From positions 1,984,001-2,048,000 of the forward strand of contig CDLV01000007.1 in assembly GCA_001244265.2 (NCBI GenBank): DNA of 64,000 nucleotides, in the 5' to 3' direction. The notes beneath the pieces are model-generated. The model was not told where the DNA came from, ran no database searches, and saw nothing but the letters and a program-made list of their open reading frames with translations. Position 1 is the stretch's first letter. Each line of letters opens with the position of its first letter. Positions 1-25,059 of the stretch are shown here, one piece after another. The stretch comes from Microbotryum violaceum. Its lineage: Eukaryota. A program made the translations under genes and the position numbers.

Positions 1-153
1 GGGCGCGAGGCTCTCACACTGTTAGCTTCCTATTCATCACTCTTGGCTAGAACTACATCGCTGACGTAGTAGAGTTGAGCAAATAGGTATGTTGTAATGA
101 TTCATCACTCTTGGCTATAACTACATTGCTGACGTAGTAGAGTTGATTGAATA
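1..153 (+). repeat. Copia family A LTR, 3' part (long form, duplicated U5)
   Basis: Matches LTRs 1096-1383 and 43236-43423; ends ...GATTGAATA; followed by a short copia GAG-pre-integrase fragment (154-183) from a host element. Confidence 0.9.
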
Positions 154-183
154 GTTCTGAGTTGACCGTGCCCCTGCTTACCC

Positions 184-995
<812 letters not shown>

Positions 996-2419
996 TCAGC
1001 TCGACAGAGGCGCCTCAATCGTTGCGCGCACCGCTAGCCCGCCCCTTGCGGTGGGACTTAGGCGCGCGCGACTGCCTCAGCGAGCAGGCGCCAGCTGTGA
1101 GGAATCCACTCTCCGCTCGGCTCAGGACTTAGGCGCGCAGAGCAAGCCTGGCGCACCGGCCCAGGACTTAGGCGCGCAGGGCGAGCCTGGGCCATTGGCT
1201 CAGCCCCAAGGTTCGCAGCCTGAGGACGTGAGGCGCGCGGCTCTCTTGTTGTTAGCTTCCTATTCATCACTCCTGGCTATAACTACATTGCTGATGTAGT
1301 AGAGTTGATTGAATAGGTATGTTGTAATGATTCATCACTCTTGGCTATAACTACATTGCTGACGTAGTAGAGTTGATCGAATAGGTTATAAGCCCAACGA
1401 GCTACCAGCCCGCCGCTCGCTCGCATTTTTCCTCGAGCCCAGCCACTCGTGCCGCCCACGTCCATCGCACCATCGCACAATGGACAGTAGCGACCCCACC
1501 ACGCCTTCGTCCCCCAGGGACCCCAGCCTCTTGCGTCTTCGATCACCAATCAACTCGCTACCCTGCAGGCCCAGCTCGCCGCCCTGCAGGCCTCGCAGCC
1601 CCTGCCGCCACCGCCTCGCAGCCCCCTGCCGCCCCCGCCTCTGCTGCCACTGCCTCGCAGCCCACTGCCGCCGCCGCCGCCGCCACCACCGCATCAAAAG
1701 TCGTCTTTCCCAAGCACGCTCGCCTCGACGGCTCCAAGTCGTTCACGAACTGGTTACGCCAGCTCCGGCTCATGCTTCCGAATCAGATTCGTGGTTACGT
1801 CCTTGATGGAGTCGTTCCCCCGACGTGGACGGCCGACCAGCTGGCCGCTCGTGACGACGCCGCGCGGGAAATTATCGTCGGCTCGATCGACTCCGCCGAC
1901 ATCTCGGCAACCCTCGACGCCATCCCAAGCGACGACCTGTCGGCGCCACGCATCTTCACCGCTCTCAAGGCTCGTTTTGCACCGGACGATGCTACCCGCA
2001 CCCTCGAGTTGTTCGCCCGCCTTTGGGATTTCAGGAAGATGCCTGCCTCCGTCGAGGCATACGACACCTGGCTGCGCGAGTACATGTCCATCGTACAAGA
2101 AATTCGCGACGCCAAAACTTCACTCAACGACGTACTCGCCACTCACGTGCTTGCCATGGTCCCATCGTGCCTCGACAGCTTCCGACTCACGTTCACGGAC
2201 GAGCAACGCAACCAACGCGACCTTCCCGAGCTGACGACGCTGACCGACCGCATTTGCGTCCAACTTCGTTCGGCGGGGCTCTCCACCTCGCACTCGGCCA
2301 TGCTCGCTACCGCCTCCCCATGCCCCGCCTGCCGCACCCCCGGTCACCGCCTTCGTGACTGCACCTCACGCGCTCAACACCCCCCACCGGCCCCTGCCGT
2401 CGCTGCCACAAGAAGGGTC

Positions 2420-2534
2420 TATTAGGAGCAATATACCACTGCACCAAAAGGAGAGGCACCTCTACTTCAGGGAGCGCATATTGTCCTAGAAGTGAGATGG
2501 AGGGAGGTTCAACAGGGTCATACAAAAAAAAAAA
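2420..2534 (+). mobile_element. 115-bp poly(A)-tailed insertion (5'-truncated LINE/SINE-like) in the A1 gag zinc knuckle
   Basis: Absent from the homologous site in A2 (~42195); ends in A11; flanked by GTC/GTC. Confidence 0.7.
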
Positions 2535-3762
2535 GTCACTGGGCCCTCGACTGCAAACCGCGAAGCGACCAAAAACGAACCGGCGACGACAACCAGGACA
2601 ACACACCCTCATCGGCGGCTCAACAACCGAATGTTGGCTATTTCGCCTCCTGCCTGCTCGCTCGCCGCCATCTCCCGACCAACGCCTTCGTCGTCGATTC
2701 GGGCGCCACGACTCACATGGTCGCCGACCGCTCCCTGTTCACGACTTATCGTCCAACGGCACACACCAAGATTGGCGGCATTGCCGGCGGTGTCACGGCC
2801 ATTGGCATGGGGATGTACCGTTTGTTGCCAACACCGGACACCCGATCATGTTGCGCGGCGTTCTGCACGCGCCGGGCCTTCATGTCAACCTTCTCTCCGT
2901 CTCTCGCCTTTGTGACACCGACCGCGTTCGGCTTGCCTTCACCAGCGACGGCATCGACATCACCAAGGACGGCCAGGCCATCGCTCACGGTACACGGGTT
3001 AACGACGGTCTCTACCTCCTGGACGCGGACCACACCAAATGTCAGCAGCTTGCCTTTCTCTCACGCTCTGAGTCTACCGTGCCCCTACTTACCCTCCACC
3101 GCTGCCTCGGCCACCTTGCTCCATCCTCTATACAGAAGATGATCGCTGCGGGTTTGCTGGACGGGTTTGGGGCCGGGTACAGTGACAAAGACGTAGAAGA
3201 GTTTGTTTGCAATGCTTGCCTTGTTCCAAAGGCCATTGTCTTCCTTTTCCCGACTCGGAGTCACATTCCCCGAGAGACTTGGTCTCGTGCACAGCGATGT
3301 CCTGTCGTTTCCCACTCCGTCCTTGACCGGGAAACGCTATCTTGTCACCTTCCTTGACGACCACTCTCGCAAACTTTGGGCATACGCAATCGATCACAAA
3401 AGCGACGTCTTCCCGACCTTCCAGACTTGGCTCGCCGAAGTGGAGTTAGAAACGGACGCGCGTCTACGGATCCTCCGCACCGACAACGGCGGCGAATACC
3501 GATCCAACGCGTTCACGGAGTTCTGCCAGTCCAGGGCATTCGTCGCCAATACTCTATTCCATATACGCCTCAGCAAAACGGCCGTGCCAAACGTGTCAAC
3601 CTCTCCATCGTCGAGGGCGTCCTCGCCCTCCTTGCTGACTCCCACCTGCCGGCCACTTTTTGGGACGAAGCGGCTGCATACTTCGTTTATTGCAAAAACA
3701 GGTGCTCACACTCAGCTTTGGCCAAACAGACTCCACAATTCGTTTGGAACGGCCAACGCACC

Positions 3763-8701
<4,939 letters not shown>

Positions 8702-8981
8702 GCACCATGACCACCGCCCTTCACCCGTTCGGCTGCGCGGCCTGGCTCACGGTCGCGCCGGACCTTCGCAGCAAGCTCGACCCCAAGGCCGCGCGCGTGA
8801 TTTTTACTGGTTACGACCTCGCCTCCAAGGCTTTCCGGTTCTTCGACCATTCCACCAACAAGGTTGTGCTTGGCCGAAATGCCACCTTCCTCGACGACGA
8901 CTTCCCTGGCCTACCAGTCAACACGCCCGTCGATGCGGACAACGCCGAACGCCAGTTTGTCATTCCCGCCGACACGCAGGC

Positions 8982-9361
8982 TGTGACAAGTCCACTCTCA
9001 GCTCGGCAGAGGCGCCTCGGTCGGTGCGCGCACCGCTAGCCCGCCCCTTGCGCTGGGGACTTAGACGCGCGCAACTGACTCAGCGCGCCAGCGCCGGGTG
9101 GATCCGTGCGCGTGCCCACTAGGCCGCCCCCTTGCGGTGGGACTTAGGCGCGCGCGACTGCCTTAGCGCGCTAGCAACTTCACCGCGACTGGGCCTATCC
9201 CAGCGCGGGTCCCCTTTCTATTTCTTAGCTTCCCTCTCACCACTTCTGTTCAACAATCGACCTCTCCTGACAGTAGTGGTGATTGTCTCATAGGTATGCT
9301 GAAATAGACCACTTCTGTTCAACAATCGACCTCTCCTGACAGTAGTGGTGATTGTCTCATA
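8982..9361 (+). repeat. Solo LTR, family B (long form)
   Basis: TGTGACAAG...CTCATA with TSD CAGGC at 8977-8981 and 9362-9366. Confidence 0.95.
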
Positions 9362-12063
9362 CAGGCCCCCGCCGCCACACCCGCTCCCGCCGTCAAGACG
9401 AGGACCCCACTAGTAAGGTCGGCGCACATGGACGTCTCATCCCCTCTTGATGATTCTGCCATGAGCGCCGTTGACGTGGCCCAGGGTACACTGGCGGATC
9501 CTTACTTAATTCTACAGATACCAGCCCCTCGTCGTCTCCGTCGCTCGCCCCGATTTCGTCTCCCGCCCCGTCCTCAGGGGGGGTACCGTCCATCGAGGAC
9601 TCGGATGATCCGCTTGACCTTCTGCACTCCGACACCGCGGTTCGCCTCCGCCTGATGGACGTACATCGATCGACGACGACACCCTGGTCACACCCACACC
9701 CGCTGTTGGCCCCGGGCAGCCCTCGACAACGACTCCCCTGATGAGATCGATTTCCTCTCTCGTCATCACCGCGCCTTCATCGCCACCGACGACGACGACC
9801 CCACCCTCGAAGCCATTCAGCCGGTCAAATCGATCACTAGCGACCCTCAGACCTGGCGTGAAGCAATGTCCAGCGACGAGCACGACCTCTGGGCTCAAGC
9901 CGCCTCCGACGAGTTCACCGCCATGCGCGACAATTTCAAGGTGTTCACCATCAAGCCTCGTTCCTCGGTACCACCGGGCGCCACCATCGTCACCTCCAAA
10001 TTCGTCTGGAAGACCAAGCGCAATGCACAGGGTGATATCACAGGGCGGAAGGCACGCCTTGTCGCGCAGGGTAACCGCCAGCGCGACGGCATTGACTTCT
10101 CAGAGACGTTTGCACCGTCGCCCGTTTCTCCTCCATTCGCTGCCTCCTCGCCCTTGCTGCTGCCAACGGCTATCACGTTCATCAGGCTGACATTGACAAG
10201 GCTTACCTTCACGGCGAGCTCGATCACGACATCTGGATGACGACGCCACGAGGTTTTGACTTCCAAGCGACCAGGTTCTCCGGCTGCGGCGCTCGATCTA
10301 CGGTCTTAAGCAGGCCGGTCGCATCTGGAATCGCCACATTGACACATCGCTCAGGAGTCTTGGGTACACGGCAACGGGCACTGATCACTGCATTTACTCT
10401 CGCGTTGATGATCAGAAGCAGCCCCATTATATCGCATTATATGTCGACGATCTCCTCATTGTCAGCCCCGCCCTCGACGAGATTGAGCGTGTCATCTCCG
10501 GCCTCGAACAGCAATACGGCGTCAAACGACTCGGCCCTGCAGAATACATCCTCGGCATCCAGATTCGACGCCTGGAAGACGGCTCCATTGCTTTATCTCA
10601 GGAGCGCTACATCATGAACGTGCTCGCCCGCTTTCACTTTGACACCACAACGCGCGGCGCTACGGTGCCAATGACGCCCGGCCTCTCGCTCACGGCAGTA
10701 CCGGGTCAGGGAACGGACCGCATTTGGTCGTGGTACCTGCAAGCCATCGGCTCCCTCCTATACATTTCACTCGGCACTTGCCCCGACATTGCCTTTGCCG
10801 TCTCGTACCTGTCCCGGTTTGCCAACAACCCGGCCGCCGCCATTGGGTCGCCGTCAAACACGTCCTTCGCTACCTTCGTGCTACGTACCGTGATGAGCTA
10901 CTCTACGCCTGCGGTCCAGCCAAGATTACAGGGGTGGTTGGCTATTCCGATGCAAACTGGGGTGCCTGCGTTGACACGTCAATCTCCACAATGGGCTTCG
11001 TCTTTTACTTGGCCGGCTCCGCTGTCTCTTGGTCATCGAAGCGTCAGACTCGGGTAGCAGATTCCACCACTGATGCCGAATACCTCGCCTTGTCGCACGC
11101 TGGTAAGGAGGCCATTTACCTCACACAACTCCTCTCGAGCTCCATGTTCGCCCAATCGATGCAGCCCACATCTTCACGGACAACGAGGCCGCGGCCGCCG
11201 TCGCCCACGACCCCGTTCGCACCTCCGGCACTCGGCACATCCGTCTCCGCGAGCACTTCGTCCGCGACATGGTCAACCAAGGCGATATATCCCTCTCCCA
11301 CGTTGGCACAGCGAACATGGTTGCGGACCTATTCACCAAAGCGCTAGGTCCCAAGATTTTTGGTACGCATTGCTATGCTCTGGGCCTCCGGACGCAACAC
11401 CCACAGCTCAAGTCTACCTCGCGTTTGCGTGGGGGGGGGTGTGAGGAATCCACTCTCCGCTCGGCTCAGGACTTAGGCGCGCAGAGCGAGCCTGGCGCAC
11501 CGGCCCAGGACTTAGGCGCGCACTTGCCTGGCGCACCGGCCCAGGACTTAGGCGCGCGGAGCGAGCCAGGCGCACACAGCCCCAGGACTTAGGCGCGCAG
11601 GGTGAGCCTGGGCCATTGGCTCAGCCCCAAGGTTCGCAGCCTGAGGACGTGAGGCGCGCGGCTCTCTTGTTGTTAGCTTCCTATTCATCACTCTTGGCTA
11701 TAACTACATTGCTGACGTAGTAGAGTTGATCGAATAGGTATGTTGTAATGATTCATCACTCTTGGCTATAACTACATTGCTGACGTAGTAGAGTGGATCG
11801 AATACCAGCGGACTCGGGCGCGCGCCCGCTAGGCCACCCCCTTGCGGTGGGGACTTAGGCGCGCGCGCCTGCCTTAGCGCGCTAGCAACTTCACCCGCGA
11901 CTGGGCCTATCTCAGCGCGGGTCCCCTTTCTGTTTCTTAGCTTCCCTCTCACCACTTCTGTTCAACATTCAACCTCTCCTGACAGTAGTGGTGATCGTCT
12001 CATAGGTATGCTGAAATAGACCACTTCTGTTCAACATTCAACCTCTCCTGACAGTAGTGGTGA

Positions 12064-16606
<4,543 letters not shown>

Positions 16607-16921
16607 TGTGACAAGTCCACTCTCAGCTCGGCAGAGGCGCCTCGGTCGTTGCGCGCACCCGCTAGCCCGCCCCCCTGCGCTGGGGACTTAGACGCGCGCG
16701 ACTGACTCAGCGCGCCAGCGCCGGGTGGATCCGTGCGCGTGCCCACTAGGCCGCCCCCTTGCGGTGGGGACTTAGGCGCGCGCGACTGCCTTAGTGCGCT
16801 AGCAACTTCACCCGCAACTGGGCCTATCTCAGCGCGGGTCCCCTTTCTGTTTCTTAGCTTCCCTCTCACCACTTCTGTTCAACAACCAACCTCTCCTGAC
16901 AGTAGTGGTGATCGTCTCATA

Positions 16922-19826
<2,905 letters not shown>

Positions 19827-19928
19827 TGATGATGTCACGCCTGCTCAAGCGGTGGTAAGTCTCTGATCGAAGGACCAAGGGAGACCAGACCAAGAAGTTG
19901 CTTCTTACACACCTGCTCAAGCGGTGGT

Positions 19929-20300
19929 TATGAGACAATCACCACTACTGTCAGGAGAGGTTGATTGTTGAACAGAAGTGGTCTATTTCAGCATACCTAT
20001 GAGACAATCACCACTACTGTCAGGAGAGGTTGATTGTTGAACAGAAGTGGTGAGAGGGAAGCTAAGAAACAGAAAGGGGGCCCGCACTGGGGTGAAATCG
20101 CTAGGGCGCTGAGGCAGCTGCGCGCGTCTAAGTCGCCACCTCAAGGGGGCGGCCTAGCGGCGCGCGCGCCCGAGTCCGCTGGCGCCTGCTCGCTGAGGCC
20201 GTCGCGCGCGCCTAAGTCCCCACTGCAAGGGGGCGGGCTAGCGGGTGCGCGCGACGACCGAGGCGCCTCTGTCGAGCTGAGAGTGGACTGACTCTTCACA
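19929..20300 (-). repeat. Solo LTR, family B (long form), inside the C2 3' LTR
   Basis: TSD GTGGT at 19924-19928 and 20301-20305. Confidence 0.95.
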
Positions 20301-20726
20301 GTGGTAAGTCTCTGATCGAAGGACCAAGGGAGACCAGACCAAGAAGTTGCTTGTTACACACCTGCTCAAGCACTACAGTAAGTTACCACATCTAGAGGGG
20401 TGAAAGATGATAGGAAGAGTAGTGCTCACCTGCTCAAGCGGTGGTAAGTCTCTGATCGAAGGACCAAGGGAGACCAGACCAAGAAGTTGCTTGAGCAGGA
20501 GAGAAACCAGAGTGGGGCCATTTGGCTGGGCCCAAGTCAGCCCAGCCAAAGTCAGGCGCACGGACCTGGCCCAGGTGCAGAGACCAGGCCCAGAGTGGGA
20601 GAGCTAAGGTGGTGAAAAGTAGGCCAAAAGTGATCAAAACGAAGAGAGGAGGATGTTGAGGTAGGTACAAGATACAAGAAGGACATGAAGGAGATATTTG
20701 ATCTCACACCCCCCCTACTTCGAGTA

Positions 20727-23700
20727 TCAGGGAGCACAGATACCGAGTCGACCGCGGTGCCGAGCAAAGAGGTCGCGTGACAATGCTTTGGTGAAGATGT
20801 CCGCTGTCATCTCACCAGTGTTGATGTACTGGACGACAATGTCGCCCATGGAAACCATATCCCGGACGAAGTGTTTGCGCAGGCGGATGTGCCGAGTCCG
20901 AGCATGAAATACCGGATTCTTGGTGAGAGCATTGGTGCCTTGGTTGACGCCGTAGATGAGGACGGGCTTTGAAGACGAAAGGCCAAGCTCACCAAAGAGC
21001 TGACGCAGAAAGATTGCCTCCTTACCAGCGTGTGACAGTGCGAGGTACTCGGCGTCACAAGTGGAGTCGGCAACGCGCGATTGAAGCCGGGAGGACCATG
21101 AGACGGCAGCACCTGCATAGACGAAAGTGTAACCCATGGTCGACTTGGAAGAGAGGACGCATGCACCCCAGTTGCAGTCGGAGTAGCCCAAGAGCGGTGC
21201 CGGATTCCCACGAGCGTAGCGTAAGCCGTGAGAAAGAGTGCCAGCGAGGTAACGGAAGGCGTGTTTGACAGCTCCCCAAGCAGCAGCGGAAGGCGAGTGA
21301 GAGAAGCGAGCCAAGTAACCGACGGTGTAAGCCAGGTCGGGCCGAGTACCAGTGGACGCGTACATAAGGGAACCAATGGCCTGCAGGTACCGAGTGCGAT
21401 CCGGGAATGGGGTGGGCTGCAGCTCGACTTCGAGGCGGAGATTGGGCTGCATGGGCGTGGCGACGGGATGGGCATCGGACATTCCAAATCGGGCAAGGAC
21501 GTCCTTGAGGTATTGTTCCTGACTCAGAGAGATGGAACCGTCTGGAGAGCGCCGGATCTGGATGCCGAGGACGTATTCTGCCTCACCGAGCCGTTTGACA
21601 CCATAGCGCTGCTCAAGACCCTGAAGGGTACGCTCAATCTCAGGGAGAGAGGGGCTGATCATGAGCAGGTCGTCGACATAGAGCGCAATGTAGTGGTGCA
21701 CATCACCCGTTGTCCTGACGTAGACGCAGTGGTCGGATTCGGTGGCAACGTAGCCGAGTGCGGACAAGGCAGAGTCAATCTCGTCGTTCCAGATGCGACC
21801 GGCCTGGCGCAAACCATAGAGGGACCGATGCAGTTGGAGGACCTTGCCTGGCATGTAGATGCCATCAGGCACACGAATGTACAGGGGTGCGTCGAGTTTG
21901 CCGTGCAGGTAGGCTTTGTCGATGTTGGCCTGGTGGACGTGGTACCCATGAGCAGCAGCAAGAGCCAGGAGTGCGCGGATGGAGGTGAATTTGGCCACGG
22001 GTGCAAAGGTCTCGTCAAAGTCAATGCCAGAGCGTTGGGAGTCACCACGAGCAACGAGACGGCCCTTGTAGGACTTGACTTGGCCATGCTGGTCGCGTTT
22101 GGTGCGGAAGACAAAGCGGGAGCCCAGGACCTTGGCGTCTGCTGGGACAAGGGACTCGTCAATCGGTGTGAACGCCGAAAAATCTCGCAAGAGTGAGTCA
22201 AACTCGTTGCGGGCCGCAAGACGCCATTCATCCGCTTGAGGAGTGGCCATGGCCGCTCGCCAGTGAGGTGGGTCGCGAGCGGGGGCAATCAGTTCCGCAG
22301 GGTCGGCGGGCGAGGTCTCAATGAGGGCGGCAGCGCCAGAGGCAAGGTAGGCCACGGCAGAGGGTGAGTGGAGTGCGTCATCCACGTCGTCGGGAAACTC
22401 CTGCGCCTGGCATAGCGAAGCAACATCGCGTGGGCGTGGCAGGAGATCGATCGGGTCCGGGGAGTCGGACCGAGCGGGTGAGGGTGGCGCTGGCAACGCA
22501 CGGGAGGCCACGGGGCGCGGGGAAGGACAAGGCGTGGAGATGGCCGAGTCAGAGCTACCTTGGTCAGAGGCGCTTGATGCAGGTGATTCCGGGTCAGGGA
22601 GCTCACGAGCAGGGGAGCCTTGGTCAGGGGCAGGGGGTGCGAGCGAGTCCTGGTCAGGGACCTCGCAGGCAGGGGCGGGACGGTGCGGGCCCTGGTCAGG
22701 GGCTGCCGGCACGGGTCGAGGTGGCTCAGCGCGAGGCGCAAGTGAGCGAGGGGAAGCAACGAGCGAAGGCTCAAGGGGGTCTACCTGGTCAGGGTATGCG
22801 TCAACAGTGACGGGGAGTGGGATTGGTTCAGCGCGAACGTCGGTGGCTGGCCGGAGTGCAGGGAACTCGGATTCACGGAAGACAACATTGCGGCTGAGTT
22901 GTATCCTGCGCGTGGACGGCTCGAAGAGTCGGAAAGCCTTGGCATGGTGGTCAAAACCAACGAACAGGAGGGGTACAGCCTTGGGGTCGAGGTCCGTGCG
23001 CTTGGCCGAGGGAAGGTGGTGCCAAGCGCGGCAGCCAAATGCGCGAAGGGTGGAGATGTCAGGCGCAAAGCCATGCCAACGAGCGTCGGGGATCTCACCA
23101 CCAATGCCGGCGTGAGGCATCAGGTTTTTGCAGTGCACATAGTACAAAGCGGCCTCACCCCAGAGGCGTGAATCAGCGCCAGAGGAGTAGAGCAGAGCAA
23201 GGATACCCTCCTTGATGGTGCGATTGCTGCGCTCAACACGCCCATTTTGTTGGGGTGTGTAAGGGATAGTGAGTTCCCGACGAATGCCTTTGCTTGCACA
23301 GAAGTCAACGAAGTTGCCCAGAGTAAACTCGCCTCCATTGTCAGAGCGGATGGTCTTCACCTTGTTGCCGGTGGCATTCTTGACTTCAAGGATCCAGTCG
23401 CAAAGGCGAGGGAAGACGTCACTTTTGAGTGCCAGGAGGATACACCAGTGCTTGCGAGAGAAGTCATCAATGATGACCAGCATGTACCGATGTCCACCAA
23501 ATGTAGGGCGAGGCATTTGCGCTACATCGACGTGGAGGAGATCCAGACGGCCAGAGGGGATGGACTTGGACCGGGCAAAGGGGAGGGCATGCGCTTTGGA
23601 AGCGAGAGAAGCATTGCAGTAAAAATCCCGGAGCTCCTGATCCTTATACACCCAATCCACCCCAGTAACCAAGCCTTTCTGCACAATGTTTTTGATTTGC

Positions 23701-25059
23701 GCAACGGGCAAGTGCGCGAGGCGACGGTGCAGAGTCAGCAAGGACACTTTGGTAGGGATGGCGAGGAGGGCTTTGGGCGTACAGGGTGTAGGTCCAAGTG
23801 CCAAGGCGTACAGGTTGTTCCCAATGGCTTGAGCGGTAGCAACGACGGCACCCAAGGGACGGGCGATGCTTGCACAACGAGATGCGAAGGAGACGCGGTA
23901 GCCAAGTTGATCCAACTGGAAGACGGACAGCAGGTTGCATGGGAGATCCGGTACCAGGAGGACATTGGACACGGTGATCGGACCCGTTGAAGTCTGGATG
24001 CAAATGGTGCCGCAGCCGGTGGAAGGGAGGGAGCCGGCGACGCCTCCAACTCGTGGGCCTGCGACCGTGCGAAGCTCGGAAAAAAGGCCCCTGTCGTTCG
24101 TCATATGGCAATTAGCGCCCGAGTCAAGGAGCCAAGCCGATTTGCGAAATGGCGAAGGTGTTGCGAGGAGACAGGCCGTGAACGACACAGAGTTGGGTGT
24201 GTCCACTGCGGCTGGTGACGCGACTGGCTGGGAGGCCTTCTTCTCGGCGGTGCGACGAGCTCGGTAGGCGGCGGCCCAGGCGGTGTCGAGGCATTCCGGA
24301 GCCAGTGCAACTTGCGACAAGACGGATTTGGGCACGGCTTTGAACAGCCGTGGCGGGACTGCGGGGTGGCGACGGCGGCAACAGGAGTATCGACGGGGCG
24401 GGCTTTGACATCGCGGTAAAGGCGCGTGAAGATCTCGGTGGCGGAGGGCATCGCAGTGGAATCGCCCTGGTCAGCAACGAAGGTGGTGCGCCAGGCGTCA
24501 AAGGACGAAGGAAGGCGAGCAAGCAAGTGCGAGGCGAGAAGGGCGTTCACGGTGACCTGCGAGTCCTGCAGCAGCCGGGCGTCGTTTTCGAAACTGTCGC
24601 GGAATTGCAGGAACAGGTCGGGAGTGACGGGCACAGGGTCGGAGCTGAAGAGGTGTTGGATGACCGGTAGCAGATCGACAGCAGAGACGGTGCCGTAGCG
24701 TTCGCGAAGTGCCTGCCAGACCTTGGGTGCTGCGAGTGATTCGTCGAGGTAAGGTGACAGGCCCGGGAGGACAGTTTGCGAATCAACGGAGGCGCAAATG
24801 GAGGAGCAGGCGTAGTGGTCCCAGAGAGGGACATACGAAGCAGGCCAAGACTCGAGTGGTACGCCCGTGTTGAGGTAACGGACGACGCCGGAGGCAGGCG
24901 TGAACGGATGGCGAGGACCCAGTCTCGGTAGCCGGACGAATTGCGAAGCAGCTCGGTCGTTGCGAAGGCCGCAGAGTGGGTGGGCGGGCGCAAGGGCGGC
25001 GCATCGGGCGTGGGCTCGCGGAGCTTGGCTTCAGGCGCGGAGGCGCCGGCGTCGGACAT
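20727..25059 (-). CDS. Copia C2 Gag-Pol; pol intact (1202-aa ORF), gag with a few 1-nt frameshifts
   Basis: LLDSGA protease, IRSDNGGEF/PQQNGRVER integrase, LYVDDLL RT and RNase H; gag ATG at 25059. Confidence 0.85.

Noticed and set aside
1126..1176. TTAGGC motifs as telomeric repeats
   Set aside because: Isolated copies within LTR U3 units, not a tandem array
21228..22196. Long antisense ORFs over RT (also 30367-31335, 35081-36220)
   Set aside because: Expected shadow ORFs of GC-rich coding sequence; no independent motifs
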